Shown one piece after another: positions 50,955-64,000 of a stretch of DNA of 64,000 nucleotides (the first letter of the stretch is position 1; every line of letters begins with the position of its first letter). The stretch comes from Camelus ferus (Eukaryota), in NCBI RefSeq assembly GCF_009834535.1, contig NC_045722.1, positions 13,578,001-13,642,000 of the forward strand, given 5' to 3'. Made by a program: the position numbers and the translations under genes. Below the pieces are notes generated by a model that had not been told where the DNA came from, ran no database searches, and saw only the letters and a program-made list of their open reading frames with translations.

Positions 50955-51505
50955 ATTGACAGATGACTGGATAAAGAAGCTGTGGTATACTACTCACCCA
51001 TAAAAAAAGAATAAAATAATGCCATTTTCAGCAACATGGGTGGACCTGGAGAGGGTCACACTAAGTGAAGGAAGCCAGAAAGAGAAAGACAAATACCATA
51101 TGAGATCACACATACGTGGAATCTTAAAAAAAGACACAAATGAACTTATTTACAAAACAGAAACAGACTCACAGACATAGAAAACAAACTTACGTTTACC
51201 AGGGGGGTAAGAAGGGTGGGAAGGGATAAACTGGGAGTTTGAGATTTACAGATACTAATTACTATATATAAAATAGATAAACAACAAGTTTATACTGTAT
51301 AGTACAAAGAACTATAGTTTATATTTTGTAGTAACCTATAATGGAAAAGAATATGAAAAGGAATATATATATATATGTGTGTATACATATATATATATAT
51401 ATGTATGACTGAAGGGTTATGCTATACACCAGAAATTGACACATTGTAAACTGACTATAATTCAATTAAAAAGACAAATATAAAAACAAACTAACAAAAA
51501 AAAAA
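50955..51505 (+). mobile_element. Camelid-type L1 3' end with internal (TA)n
   Basis: gatgactggataaagaagctgtggtata...gggtgggaagggataaactgggagtttgagatt...gtaaactgactataattcaat. Confidence 0.9.
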
Positions 51506-52479
51506 TCATGTTGTATTTGTTTTTGTAGTTATAAGACCTTGCACAGAAGGTACTCAATGTTTGCAGAATGGATGTTGCATGAAACACATAGCCAGGGTCT
51601 GAGCTGGTGGGCCTGAATGTTCTGACGTCCGTATCATAGCTCTCACCTGTGCACTGATAAAAGGAAGCTCCGTCTAAGACGTGATACAAGGGAAGTAGGA
51701 AGGTAGAAATGATGCTCAGGGCAGGCCTCCTTGTTCGGCTATTTCTCCACTGAACCTGGCAGTACAAGTGATAAAGTAACTTCTCCACCTAAAATGTTCA
51801 GGAATGAGACACATTGAAATATCAGGGTACTTTTCTGTACCTCTCCCTTCTCCTGATTCTGCTTTTGTAATGGACTTTATAATCACATATCCGTTAATCC
51901 AAACGCTTCTTAAGAGGTAATCATAATAACTCGCCTAGATCTAATGTTGTAGAGAAACATTTTATGGCCCTAGGATACATTTTCATCCAAGTTATTAAAG
52001 TCCAATTACATCATGTTTTCTTCCAAGGAATGCCAAGTACTTGAGGGACAATATTGCAGTCACTCTTATTCGTCTCTTGGAAATAATTTACACAGATACA
52101 GCCTTGATATTACAGAGAAAGCACTCTGCTCCTCCTCGCCAAAGAGATGGAGAAATGCACTTGCTTGCCGAAGACCACACAATAGAATCAGACAGGGAAA
52201 ACTGGAATGAGAATGCACATTCCCTTTTTCATTAGCTAATACATGTAGCCTTCCTTGAGAAAAACATCAGATCTGTAGATTGTGTTTTTGTTGAAAAAGA
52301 ATCTACCGCATTGAGTGGTCAGGTAAATTTCAAGTTAAGGGAATAAAACCTCAGCTTTTCTAAACATCATTTCTATCAGCCAGCCTCAAACCAAGCAGCC
52401 TGTTGGAAAGAATAATGAGAGAAATAATGACAATACTATTTATTATTTATTATTATCTCTTATATTTTGAGTAGATTAA

Positions 52480-52650
52480 AGGTATTTTTTTTTAAGACTG
52501 ACAATAATCCCTGTAAAGTTGACTTTATTCTTCTCTTTAGAGACCTGCAGCTCAGATGCTGTTACTAAATGGAAGGTCACACAGCTAGTGAGGGGTAGGT
52601 CCAAAATTCAAATCGAGCATCCAGAGCCCGGGACCTCTTTGCCACTCCCT
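52480..52650 (-). mobile_element. MIR
   Basis: aaggtcacacagctagtgaggggtaggtccaaaattcaaatc...tccagagccc. Confidence 0.65.
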
Positions 52651-55069
52651 GCTGCTCGAGAATACTTGAGCCCGGAATTCAACAGAGCTTGTTTTGTTGC
52701 ATTTGAACAAGTCACGTCATACCTCGTTGAGCGAAATTCCTCAACAAAAGACAACATCGTCCCCTCCAAATCCTACAGGTGGGCAACTTCATGGAATTCC
52801 TCTCGAAGGGGAGCACTCCTGGAATGAGGGGCAAGCCCTTGTTATCCCTCCCCCGGACCCAGATAAAGCGTGTGATCATTGTCACCAAACAACGCACGTG
52901 TCTTAGGATCCTGCCTACCTAGTTCTTCAATCAGAATAATTCCTTAGAAACCATGTGGAAAATTCCTTCAACACAAAAGAAAAATCAGCCTACTCTTTTG
53001 CTGTAACTGCATTAAGTATTTTTAATGTTGGTGAGAGATTCAGGCCACCGCTTAACAACAGCAATTTCTGCTATAGTTGTTGCAAATAAAGCAGGACCCC
53101 AGTGAGCACAGAGCAGGAAACTCCATAAAGCCTTTGACTTAGGACGCATGCAATGCCAATGAAAATGCCGTTAACAAAGGGTGAAGAGAGTATGTAGTTG
53201 GCTTGCTTTCCCCCAGCCTCTCCATCTTGCCATAACTTTCAGATAATAGAAAGTGCATATCTAAATTTGAGAGGATTTTTTTTTAAAAAAAAATGATTAT
53301 TTAATAAAATGAGGATGAAGTCAGCAAATAACTGTTGAGAACTAACATTTAATTTCCAAGAGTGCCCTGGGAGACGTATCATGGAGTGAAGCCATTGCAA
53401 TTACATTGAAATTCATTGTCAGAAACATTACACTAATTCAGGCTACAGGAAAGTACCCAACAGTATCATGAAGAAGGTCGAAGTGGCCCTGGTCAGAAAA
53501 TAAACAGCATAGAAACAGCATCCAGGACTGAGGTTAAAGATTAGAAACTCCAAAATCAAAGGCAAAATATTCAGCCAATTATCCTCCAGCTCAGAATCTT
53601 ATGGCATCAAAGAGCAAGGCTGGAAAGAGATTTGAGATGCCCTCAAGGGTAATTGGCTCCCTCTAGGTAAGAATATATTTCAGCCATACTGAACGGTTGG
53701 ATGTTGACGTGTTTTTAAATTCAGGTTTCACTTTTTATTTGGTTTCTAGCTTCCCATCTGGTCTGCTCTCCTGCTCCAAATGCCAAAAATAATTTTTTTT
53801 CATTGGCCACACTAGACATGTTTGGGATGAGATTTAAAAGTGGCTCCTCCCCGTTTTAACACCAATATCGTAACAGAGGAAATGGCAGGGTCCAGCCCCA
53901 GCTCACATTCGGCGTTGCTTCCCTAACTTCTGAAGCCTGCATCCTTCCCTATTGCATCATTGGTACATGAATCTTCCTTACTGGCTGACTCTCAGCAATT
54001 ACCTTCAAGTTAAGTCATTATGTCTTATTCAAAGTTGTATCTCTACCTTCTAACCCACTAAGTATACATTCAGTGGTGAATACATTTCACCAAACATTTT
54101 TTCACCTGTTTAATCATTTCTATCCCCTGCCTTCCATTGGGGGAAAATGTACTCCAGAAAAATAGTTGATATGGAAATGAGAAAAATCAAGAAATTAGCT
54201 TTATATTACTACATTCTAGTTGGATTTTTTTTAACCTTGCTTAAACTGAATACTGATACAGTTATAGAAGTGTTTATATATATATACATGTACACACACA
54301 CACACACACACAAGCATTGTAAGAAACTAATATACAGGGTGACCTTGATTTAAAACAGCATTTCTGAGCCTATTCTCCTTTCCGGCAATTATATTTCTAA
54401 ATAGAGCTATCGCTGTAAAATTTAGAGATAGTAGCCTCTATTGGGTCTTTTATAAACCTCAACAGAAGAAAATTAAATTGGCTATTTTTTTTTAAGTTTC
54501 ATGGTGAGATAGCTCTATGGAAAGTAAATGGAATATGTACCAAGTTTGTTCTCATCTTGAAAACTTTGATGACTCTTTTATAGATTTTCTGCCAAGTAAT
54601 TAAAGTCCAATTAATTGGAAAATATACACAATGGGTATTCGGAATATTATGTCTCCAATAAAAGCAACTTTTGTTACCTTAAATGAGTGGCTAAGCCAAT
54701 GTTGCAAGTTTAAATTCTGAGCTCCTAAGCAAATATCCCAGATATTTGCACTTTGTTGGCTCCAAAATAAACTCCCTTCCAATGGAGAGATGACTCACCT
54801 CCTTTGGGGGATCCATAACAGTGGAGTCAAGCCAGGCAGCACGCGGGTACCCCTTTCATATCTAATGGTTGTACACACAAAATTATGCTGAAAACATAAT
54901 CATTATAAATGGGCAGGAGAATTTGGCCACTGACAGAAATATAAGGGGAATATTTCTATGATGCAAAGAATTAGCAAGTCTTTTTCTGTTCTCTAAGTCT
55001 AGATTTTCACTTCCTAAACCTACATAAAGGTCAGCTTTTGGTTACATAATGCTCCCATTTTGCTCCCAT

Positions 55070-55490
55070 ACAGGTTCTATTTGTAAATAATGCAAGCTAC
55101 GGTTACAATTTAGGATTCTCAATGGATTAACACAGGAAAGCTCTCTTTGTCATTCATGTCCAATCCAATAGAGGTAGTCTGCGAGTGGGCCTCTGTGTCA
55201 TGCAATCATTCAGGAACTCAGGCTTCTACTATGTGATGGCTCGTCTTCAATGCACATTTCAGGGTTGCCCCCAGCATACTCCAGCTGGCAGGCAGGAGGG
55301 AGGGAAGGCACATGTATGTATAACTTCTACCACTTAGCTATGAACAGCAAATTACTTCCACTCACTCTCCATTGGCAAGAACTGCTCACATGGCCTCTCT
55401 TATGCGCAAGGGAGCCAGACAACTTCATCTCTCCGCATTTGCAGGAAGAGGAAATGGGTTTCATAGGCATCTAGCCAGCCTTTGTGACAT
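55070..55490 (-). mobile_element. MaLR solo LTR, MLT1J2/K-like
   Basis: cattcaggaactcaggctt...ctccattggcaagaactgctcacatggcc...catctagccagcctttgtgaca. Confidence 0.7.
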
Positions 55491-56739
55491 TTTGTAGGCT
55501 TTGCCTCTGTGTGACCTTTTCTTCCTCCCTTCCTGGCTCTCCTTCCTTTGCCAAATAGATCTATCATGGGGAGGTGATCATCTAAATTTTCCTCTTTATG
55601 ACTTCCATTCTTCCCCCTTATGAAGGTAACACATTCAGTTTCAGATTCAACAGAGATCATTCAGAGTCTACTGCGTGGCAAGCACGATGCAAGGAGTTAC
55701 CATCTGTGTTAGGCCATTTGATATAGAAACAAGCATTATAATTTACTTTAAGATGAGAAATCTGAAGCCCAGGAATTGACTAAGCAGACATAAGAAGTAA
55801 TCTGTCGCGTCAGCTTTCCGATTTGCTCCTGGGATGTATTTATTTATACATCTAACTGAGCTGATTCTTTTACCAGCATGCATTTTACCTCTTTTTTTTT
55901 TTTTTTTTTGTATCCAGTAATTTTCTTAATTCTTTGTCGTTTGTATGCACCTTTCCGACTTCTTATCTGGTTATTTCTAAACAAAAACATCTCACTCTCT
56001 GTGTCCCTATTCATGTCTATTATGAACAAGATTAGCACCAGCAATATATTTGTATCAAGAAAAGTAAGTTGTTTCACCAAGAAGTTAGAAATAACAGTAT
56101 AGAGCTTGTAGTATCCATTTTTAAGGCTCTTACAAAAGTCCAGAATCCTCATAAATTTTCCATTAAAACTGATTTTTTTGAGGAAATAATTTAGTTAAGG
56201 AATTTATTTTTCTACCTTCGTGGAGTTCATTCGTCTGTTGTTGTCTAATACGCTATTTCTAGAGTCTGGCATTCTGTATTTTCATTACAAACATGTAGTG
56301 TTTCAGCTGCATTATCATTATATATATATATATATTTCTAGCTAGCCTTAGAACCTGGTACCAATGTAGAACATTGCTTTCCTGGAAAAATCTGCTACAC
56401 GTTTCAAATGACTACCAAAAACATTTCCTGCATTAGGTTTTTCTAAAAAATGGGCATCATATCCATGGCTCTTTTTTGGAAATATCCCTTTTGTAACTTC
56501 ATTTGTTAACTGATTCTTAACCTAATTCAAGAGAATTTAAACTAATTTTTTACCTTCCCTAGGTTTTTATTTATATAGACCATGACTTAGTACTTCTTTG
56601 TTTCATTTTCTCTTGTATTTTGGGGCCACCAACAACTACTCTATGTAAAGCTCAATCCGCTATCTCATTCCTGACCCATGAAATCAAGATTCATTATGTA
56701 GTAGCTCTGTTCTTTCTTTTTTTTTCCCCATTCCCATTC

Positions 56740-56920
56740 TTCACAAGATCTAGTCTGGATTTTCGAATTTTGGTTCTCTGTGATCTTGGGCAGGTTGGGT
56801 TAATTTCTTGGAACTTTTTTTTTCTATAATTTTGCCATTCGGGGTCATGCCTATGTATCACCCAGCAATATACCTTGCAAAATTGTTGTTAAGACCAAAT
56901 GAGGTTCTTTGCATCAGATT
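56740..56920 (+). mobile_element. MIR
   Basis: tgtgatcttgggcagg...aaaattgttgttaagaccaaatgag. Confidence 0.5.
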
Positions 56921-56978
56921 CCTCTCTTCCAATGTCCAGTACAGAGTTGGCACTCTAACTTCACAGATGTGACCTTCC

Positions 56979-57536
56979 TGTATTAATTAATCTATTGCTT
57001 CATAACAAAATATAACAAAAAATGGCTTAAATTAAGACAGATTTATTATCCTACAGTTTCTGTGAATCAAAATCTGACCAGAGCTTAATTGGATCCTCGA
57101 TTTCAGAGTCTCTAGGAGGCTATAATTATGGTGCCAGTCAAGGCTGGAATCTCATCTAAAGGCACAACTGGGGAAGGATCCATTTCCATCTGATGTTGTT
57201 ATTGGCAGAATTCAGTTCTTCAAGTGCTGTTAGACTGATAGCCTTAGTTTCTAGATAGCTGTTAGAGGCTGCCTTCAACTCGTTGTCTTCTCAAGATGAC
57301 AATTTGTATATCAAAGCTAGCACGGGACACAGTCAATCAAGAGAATCTGCTAGAAATGTGGAGGTTGCCATCTCCTGTAACAAATCACCAAGTCAACACC
57401 CCATCATCTTTGCTATATTATATTTCTAAAAAGCAAGTCACTAGACTAGCCCATCCTCCAGGGGAGAAGATAACACCAAGTATGAATATCAAGAGGTAGA
57501 AATCTCTGGGGACCAGCATAGAAGCTGCCTGACACA
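56979..57536 (-). mobile_element. MaLR solo LTR, MLT1F-like, full length
   Basis: TG...CA termini, perfect 5-bp TSD cttcc (56974-56978, 57537-57541). Confidence 0.85.
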
Positions 57537-58834
57537 CTTCCAATCACGATTTCTCCTAAATGAGAGTAAAAGGTCTATACTGAGATTCTACCATGTCTTG
57601 GCCAATATATTGAGTATTCTGTACATAAAGAGATATTAAATCTATTTCCTTGTCATTAAAGAACTCACAGTCCAGGGATTTAAATTAGTTTTTTTTTTTC
57701 CATTAAGCCACTTTTACAAAAGGAACAGAGATATTAAGACTATGGTTTTACAAACATGCTCAGTGGCTCTCTTGTGTAATTTAATAATCAGGTATTGAGA
57801 ACCCATGAGAAAAAAAAATCCATCAAGTCAATCAATCATAAAATCATGGACTCCAGGGCTGAAAGAGACAGTCTATTAACTGATCAATCAATATCTACTG
57901 TGTGCTTTCTGTTTTCAAAGCCTTTGCTAGTTGCCAAAGTCCAGATTCTGAAGCGGGGAAAAAAGCTACAACAACTGAAAAGAAGCTTGATAAATTGAAG
58001 CTGAGAATTAATTTACCTTTCAATTATTTTGATATATAAACAAATGTTGAAGCAGACTCAGGGATAGGGGAAATTGAAGGAGAGGATATTTTAGGGAGAG
58101 AGGAAAAAAAATACAAAACTGAGAGAATGGAGGGACGAGAGAGCATTGCCAGGAGGTCTCCAGGACCCTGTGACTTTAATTAGGGAAGCTGGCCATGCAT
58201 TTGGTTATCTCAGAGATACAATGTATGGAAATGAGAGACAGGTATAGCGCAGTTGGACTCTGGAGGGCCATGGGACCAGGAAATATGATTAGACAACATA
58301 TAAACTATTTAAGTTCAGAAGAAGGGTTAGTGGATGAGGGACTAGGTTCACTCAGAGATGCATAATTGAACAAATATGAATCAAAACAGCCAGCAAAAAA
58401 TTGGCTATGGAATTCCTTTTTCTCTCTTTTTATTTTTGTTTTCAGTTGAAGCTTTATAGAGATGATAAGATCAGGATTTTAGAAAAACAGGTTTAATAAT
58501 GGATATTTTCTGTACATGACTTTCTTAAATAATGTTGAAAGCTGAATGTACTTTGAAGTATTAGGAGGGAATAAAAAGAAATACTTCAGTGTTTACAAGT
58601 TTTGGGTTTTTAAAAATAGTGTTGAACTCAAAGTTCCCTCATTCTGGTTTATGTAAATTCAAAAAAGTGCGAACAATATCATTAGTATTGGACTGTAAAT
58701 GATTCCAACCAGTCAAAATCATGCGTTAGGCTTTCAAGTAAAAGATGGCAGACTGATCCAATGCATTTATTTTTTCTTCTATTCTAAAATCTATTGAAAT
58801 GACAGAAGTTCTTTAATAGTAAAAGAAATCAAAA

Positions 58835-59348
58835 CCAGCAATTGTACTCCCACGTATACGCCTAACAAAAATGCATACATATATTCCCAGGAAGTTCACG
58901 CCAGTCTTATTTATAAGCATTCAAAACTGGACACTATCCAAATGTCCAGCAGCAATAGAAAGTATAGATCAACAGGGTAATAATCGCATCTTGATATTAT
59001 ATGCACCAGTGAGAACAAAGAACGTGTAAACATTAAAAAAAAAAAAAATGGGTGAATTTCCAAACACAAGGTTGAATGAAAGAAATCAAACACAAAACTA
59101 AAAAGTTGATTATATAAAGCACAAAAGCAGGCAAAACTAACAGGATGCTGGTGGTCAGGATAGTTGATTGTCTTTGGGAGGGGGCTCAGTGATGGGAAGG
59201 GTACAGAAGGTGGGTTACTGAGATACTTAATCAGTATGGATTTCTAGATCTGGGTGCTTTTTATACACGTGTACTCTTTCTAAAATAACGATCAAGTTAT
59301 ATCTTTATGATATGTGAACTCTTCTGTATGCATATGCTTCAATAAAAC
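58835..59348 (+). mobile_element. Old L1ME 3' end
   Basis: aaaactggacactatccaaatgtccagcagcaatagaa...caaaagcaggcaaaactaa...cttcaataaaac. Confidence 0.75.
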
Positions 59349-60009
59349 AATTGGGAATGTGAACAAATGAATAAATAAATAATCAATAGCAGGGCTGGAA
59401 AGTTGGGGTGCACAGCCCATGTGATCATTGTAGAGTTTGTAAAAGGTGTACAGCTGGTGGCAAAAGTTTAAAAGATGATAGAATACAATGAAGCTGAGAA
59501 AACTGCAAACACATGCAGATGAAGAGGATCTCTGAATTTGTTTTTCCTATTAGAGTTCAGAATAATCTCAAGATAATAAACAGTGGCGTTGTAAGATCAG
59601 AACCTGGGGGCTGAAGAAAATGCACTCCTGCTACCAAGAATGATAATGCAGTTTCTTATTTACACTTACGAAAAGTTGCTTAAGAATCCTCAAACATGTG
59701 AAGCAGTCCCCCTCTGTGAGAGAAAGCATAGAACCAAACACACAACATTCAAACCCAAGAGGAAAAAAATGGTTAAATTTTAAAGAGGAAAACTTCCTAT
59801 AGCAAAGTACTGCTAATATACTCAGAGACAGTACTGGCAACATGCCATCTTTCAGGTCAAGGGAAATTTCTTGTCTTCGAATATTATCTCCTCTCTTCTC
59901 TGTTCTCTCCTTGTGGAAATAATATTTAGAACTTTTTGAAGTTGTAAACATATCTCTTTGTCTCCTATAATTCTCCCACCTTAAGAAGTTTCTCTGTAAT
60001 AGGATTGGA

Positions 60010-60200
60010 TCTGTTTCTGAGTTGCAGGCTCTTCAACTTTAGCAGACATGTTACCTTCTATATGCCTGAGTATCTTTATTTTTAACACAAAATGTAGTAT
60101 CTATTTCACAGGGTTGTTGTACAGGTTAAAGGAAATGATATAATAAAATCTTTATCATAGTGCCTGGCCAAACAAACATAAAACCACCTTACCACCAAAA
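60010..60200 (+). mobile_element. MIR
   Basis: tatctatttcacagggttgttgtacaggttaaaggaaatgatata...atagtgcctggc. Confidence 0.7.
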
Positions 60201-61163
60201 TATTTAGTCTTGTGCTTGGTAAACACCAGGTTTGAAAAAAATAGTACATCATAGTTTTCTCTTGTGTGTATAGGTCACAGATTTTTTCTTTTTCCATCTG
60301 GCAAAATCAATTGCTTCTTACCATCATAAGGATGAGAAATAAAGTTAAATTTTACATGACCATTGTGTTGTAAAGTCAACTTATAAGATGAGTAATTAGA
60401 ATAGTTGAAGTTCTCATCGGAAAATCCTTTTGATGGTTTATAACATATAGAACGTATACCTGATACTTCAATACAACTTTGTCAACAACTTTTCTTTAAT
60501 CATTTTTCTTTTTGAGCCTCATTTAATTTTCCAAGCTCTTCTGTGATGGAGAAGCAAACTGATACAGTTGTCTAGTAATAAATGTTTTACTTTTTCAGTA
60601 CCTGGGAACTATTTAAAGTCATTAGCCTGTTCTCGATGACCACTGAGCATCTCAGACTTGGCTGTCTCCATGCTTGAGACAGAGGAGGATGGCAGACAGC
60701 ATTTTAATTCTTTTATCTTTTTTTTTTTCTTTCTCTTTTCTGACAATTTATAGTTGAATTTTAATTACATGCATATTTATTGTAACTTCTTTATTGTTTC
60801 GGTCTTTCAACATAGTTCAAGGAAAATTCAATGCCCTAATTCCTGAAGGTCATCTTAGTTCTAAGGATGGGCCACACCAGTAAGCAATCTAATCCACTAT
60901 TTTGCATATAGAGGACACGTTTCAGTTTCCCATACAAAACTCACTTCTGGTTACTTTCTTTCACACAATGAGCATCCTCATTTGGTGGTCTCTGTTGGCC
61001 TGAACTATAGTTCTTACTCAGAACCCATACTATAAAACCTTTGATGAAAATGGTAGATTGTGTCTTGATAGATTGGAAAGGAACTGAATGTAGAGCTGAT
61101 GTTTGGATCAATATCTCTAAAATCTCCTCTTACAGAGGAAATCTGGCTTCTCAATAAAGAAGG

Positions 61164-61624
61164 TGCTAAATACAATGGAATACTACTCATCCATAAAAAA
61201 GAATGAAATAATGCCATTTGCGTCAACATGGACCTAGAGGTTGTCATACTACCTGAAGTCAGACAGAGAAAGGCAAAGATCATATATCACCTATATGTGG
61301 AATCTAAAAAAAAAGTGACATAAATGAATTTATTCACAAAACAGAAACAGACTCACTGTTACAGAAAACAAACTTATGGTCACCAAGGGGGAAAGAGATG
61401 GGAGGGATAAATTAGGAGCTTGGGATTAGCAGATACAAACTTCTATATATAACATAGATAAACAACAAGGTCCTATTCTACAGCACAGGGAATTATATTC
61501 AATAGCCCGTAACCTGTAATGAAAAAGAATATGAATGATAATAATATATATATATGTAACTGAATCACCATGCTGTACACCAGAAACTAACACAACATTG
61601 TAAATCAAGTACACTTCAACAAAA
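61164..61624 (+). mobile_element. Cetartiodactyl-type L1 3' end, 5'-truncated
   Basis: aatggaatactactcatccataaaaaagaatgaaataatgccatttgc...tacaccagaaactaacacaacattgtaaatcaa; TSD aaagaagg at 61156-61163 and 61625-61632. Confidence 0.9.
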
Positions 61625-62528
61625 AAAGAAGGCTCAAAGAGTTACCTTTGAAAGGCAGACCCAGTGCTAATAAAATAATAAAAAGTGTACTGAGAAGAAG
61701 ATCTGATATTTGGAGTGGAGATGAGATTCATTGAGAGTCTTGCTTCAGGCAAAGGAAACTATTTTAGATTCAGATAGATGTGTTTTTTATTCCCCCAAGT
61801 TTTCACTGAAGAATAACATACATAGACAAAAGTGTGCTTAGCACATGTCATGATTGCAAAGCTCCCCAAAGTTTCACAAACTGAGCATATGCAGATAACC
61901 AGCACCCAGATAAAAAAAAAACAGATCACCAATTCTGTCTCTTGATCTGTACTCTCATGCTGCCTTCAACTGACTACATCAACCCAATGTGCAACAGCTC
62001 GCCTGCTCACTACAGAAGTAACAGGCAGACTTGCTTTTGAAATCTTGTTTTGTTACATTCCAACAATTAGGCTTAGGAAAATTTGCTTAACTTGCTGGTT
62101 TCCTCATCTGCCATGTGGGGGAGTTTAGTATCTATGTTGTTGCCCAGTGTAGTTCCTGGTACCTAGCTGGTACCCAATGACAATTTGGAATGAACATTTA
62201 AAAGGACAACACGAGCTGATAAACAAAACATCTTGGGAATACACTGTGATTCGGAGGAGAGAAAATCGAGACCAGGCTACTTAAGACAGTTTGTATTCAG
62301 TGAACTGCGTCTGATCATTTACATTTCTAATGAATACCAGTTTAATACACTTCTGCTTTATAATACAGTTAGGACGTAATGTTGATATTTGGAAATGAGC
62401 TGTGTCAGATAATCAAGAAGATATAACAAACATTTATCATTAAAAATGGATGTTTATTCTCACTGGGTTGAGGAGCGCTGTTCTGTTTAAACCACTCTAG
62501 CTACTCACCTTGCTTGGAGTCACTTTTT

Positions 62529-62815
62529 GGAATGTTCATGCTTCTTTGCATAAGCCATTAATTCCATTTGGAATGGTCAGGAAGGAAACTGTGACTCAGG
62601 AGAAACGTATTTGAAAAAGCCAAGCCAGGAGCGGAAGTTGTCCTGAAACGTGTCTCAGACAGCCGTTGTGCAATATTTAGCAACTTAGGCATGCATCAGG
62701 CTATCGTTAATATCGGAAAGGCTCAGAATTGGGGATGGCAAAGAAAAATTACTACACAGAGCACAAAAGGAGGCAAGCCTGGCTGGCAATGAATGTTCAA
62801 ACTGAGACAGGAAGT
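62529..62815. promoter_or_regulatory. Enhancer-like motif cluster (TEAD, AP-1, ETS, C/EBP)
   Basis: GGAATG 62529 and 62570; TTGCATAA 62546; TGACTCA 62592; AGCGGAAGT 62630; TTGTGCAAT 62666; ACAGGAAGT 62807. Confidence 0.4.
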
Positions 62816-63839
62816 AGCCCTTGTCCCCATGGTGATTTGGCCATTCACGGCAGATCCTAGATGAATGAGGTTACACTTAAGCTAAGTGCAGTGCTCATAG
62901 CTGCCCAACAGGCTGGGATTTAGTAAAAGACTGTTTCCAGCAGGTCATTGTTCAGTGAGAAATTAATATATCCAGGTCTGTGTTCAACACAATAGGTCAA
63001 ACTGTAGTTTGCTGGGAGATGGGGCGTGGAATTCAAAAGATTTAAAGTTAAATAGGAGTCTATTCACACATTAACCAAGCAGTTGCTAAGTATCTAATAT
63101 GTACATAGTCTAGCAAAGATGCAGGGAAAAAGAAAGTTGATAATCTTGGCCCATATATACCCAGCCAGTAAGATTTTTTTTTTCAGTTGAGAGTTGATTC
63201 CAAGCCCCTGGAGCAAGTAAAGCTGAATTTGATATTCTGGATCCCCTTGATAATTGTGGAGGGCTTGCTGTTGACCAGAATGTACAGGAGAACTGTCAGC
63301 AGACAACGTCGTGAGCTAAGGGCAGAGAGCCAACGTAGATCTAAACAGAGATGCACTCTCATTCCTCTCCGCAAATGTGTATAAAGCACATACAGGCTTC
63401 ACATTCAAATTCAAAGCTTAGTTGTTCCTCAAAGTCTTCCCTGGTCTTACGGTCCAAAGTCATTTTTCCATCGTCTAAAATCATGTCTCGTTACCTATGA
63501 ATATGCCTCGCATACCTTATGGAACATGTGCTAGATTGCCTCCACCTGCCACTGTATCTTGCTTACTTTACTTATCTTGCTAACATGACTGTAAATTCCT
63601 ACAAATCAGGGGCCATTTATTACAACACCTCTCCCCACAGCATGTAACATAGTTCTCCACCCATAGCAGGTGATCCATATATATTTGTACATTTGTTAAT
63701 CTGATGCCCTATTGCCTGGGCTTGCCTGTTCCACATTCTGACTTAGTCCTTTCCGACCATTTAGACTTGATTTTCCAGGCTACCAACCAGATCTAAGTCT
63801 CACAAATCATAATTACACACTAAGACTCAGAGATGTCAC

Positions 63840-64000
63840 TATTTAATATATGTTCTTCAGGTCTTTGAAAAATGTTCACCCTTCATATATATTATATATT
63901 GCATCATATGCTAGATTACATATCATCACTTACAATATATAATAATGTATATAATTATATGTATTTTAAATATATACCATCATATAACATAAATATATTA
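63840..64000. repeat. AT/TA-rich low-complexity tract
   Basis: tatatattatatatt...tatataataatgtatataattatat. Confidence 0.8.

Noticed and set aside
51940-52008. Minus-strand LDFNNLDE...PRAIK, reminiscent of an LGR4/5 leucine-rich repeat
   Set aside because: Needs a frameshift, has stops on both sides, no splice sites and no other LRR exons
54401-54518. 11-bp inverted repeat atagagctatc/gatagctctat
   Set aside because: About one such pair is expected by chance in 64 kb
1-64000. CRISPR arrays, operons or other prokaryotic systems
   Set aside because: Sequence is clearly mammalian; no regularly spaced direct repeats or long ORFs

Overview
Repeat-rich mammalian genomic DNA, very probably from a camelid (Camelus/Vicugna). 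The species call rests on five copies of a tRNA-Ala(AGC)-derived SINE that match my recollection of camelid Vic-1, plus cetartiodactyl/camelid-type L1 3' ends. There are three assembly gaps. Much of the window is layered transposon debris: MIR, L2, old L1M, MaLR/ERVL solo LTRs, hAT MITEs (MER5A, MER33, MER58A), and younger L1 tails and SINEs, several with readable target-site duplications (TSDs). I recognise no known protein-coding gene, true tRNA/rRNA gene or CRISPR array, so the window looks intronic or intergenic. Most ORF-track entries are chance ORFs. The best leads in unique sequence are: (1) an ORF segment at 42484-42654 (-) with an SH3-like residue pattern; (2) a phase-compatible two-exon model at 5860-6416 (-) encoding a signal-peptide-like N-terminus next to an ETS-rich promoter-like patch; (3) a 55-bp ungapped diverged duplicate, 51954-52008 vs 54559-54613; (4) a GC-rich insert inside an old L1 at about 30.7 kb; (5) a convergent CTCF motif pair; and (6) a TEAD/AP-1/ETS/C/EBP motif cluster at 62.5-62.8 kb. 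All are unverified hypotheses. Repeat subfamily names are from memory of consensus sequences, and most repeat boundaries are approximate.
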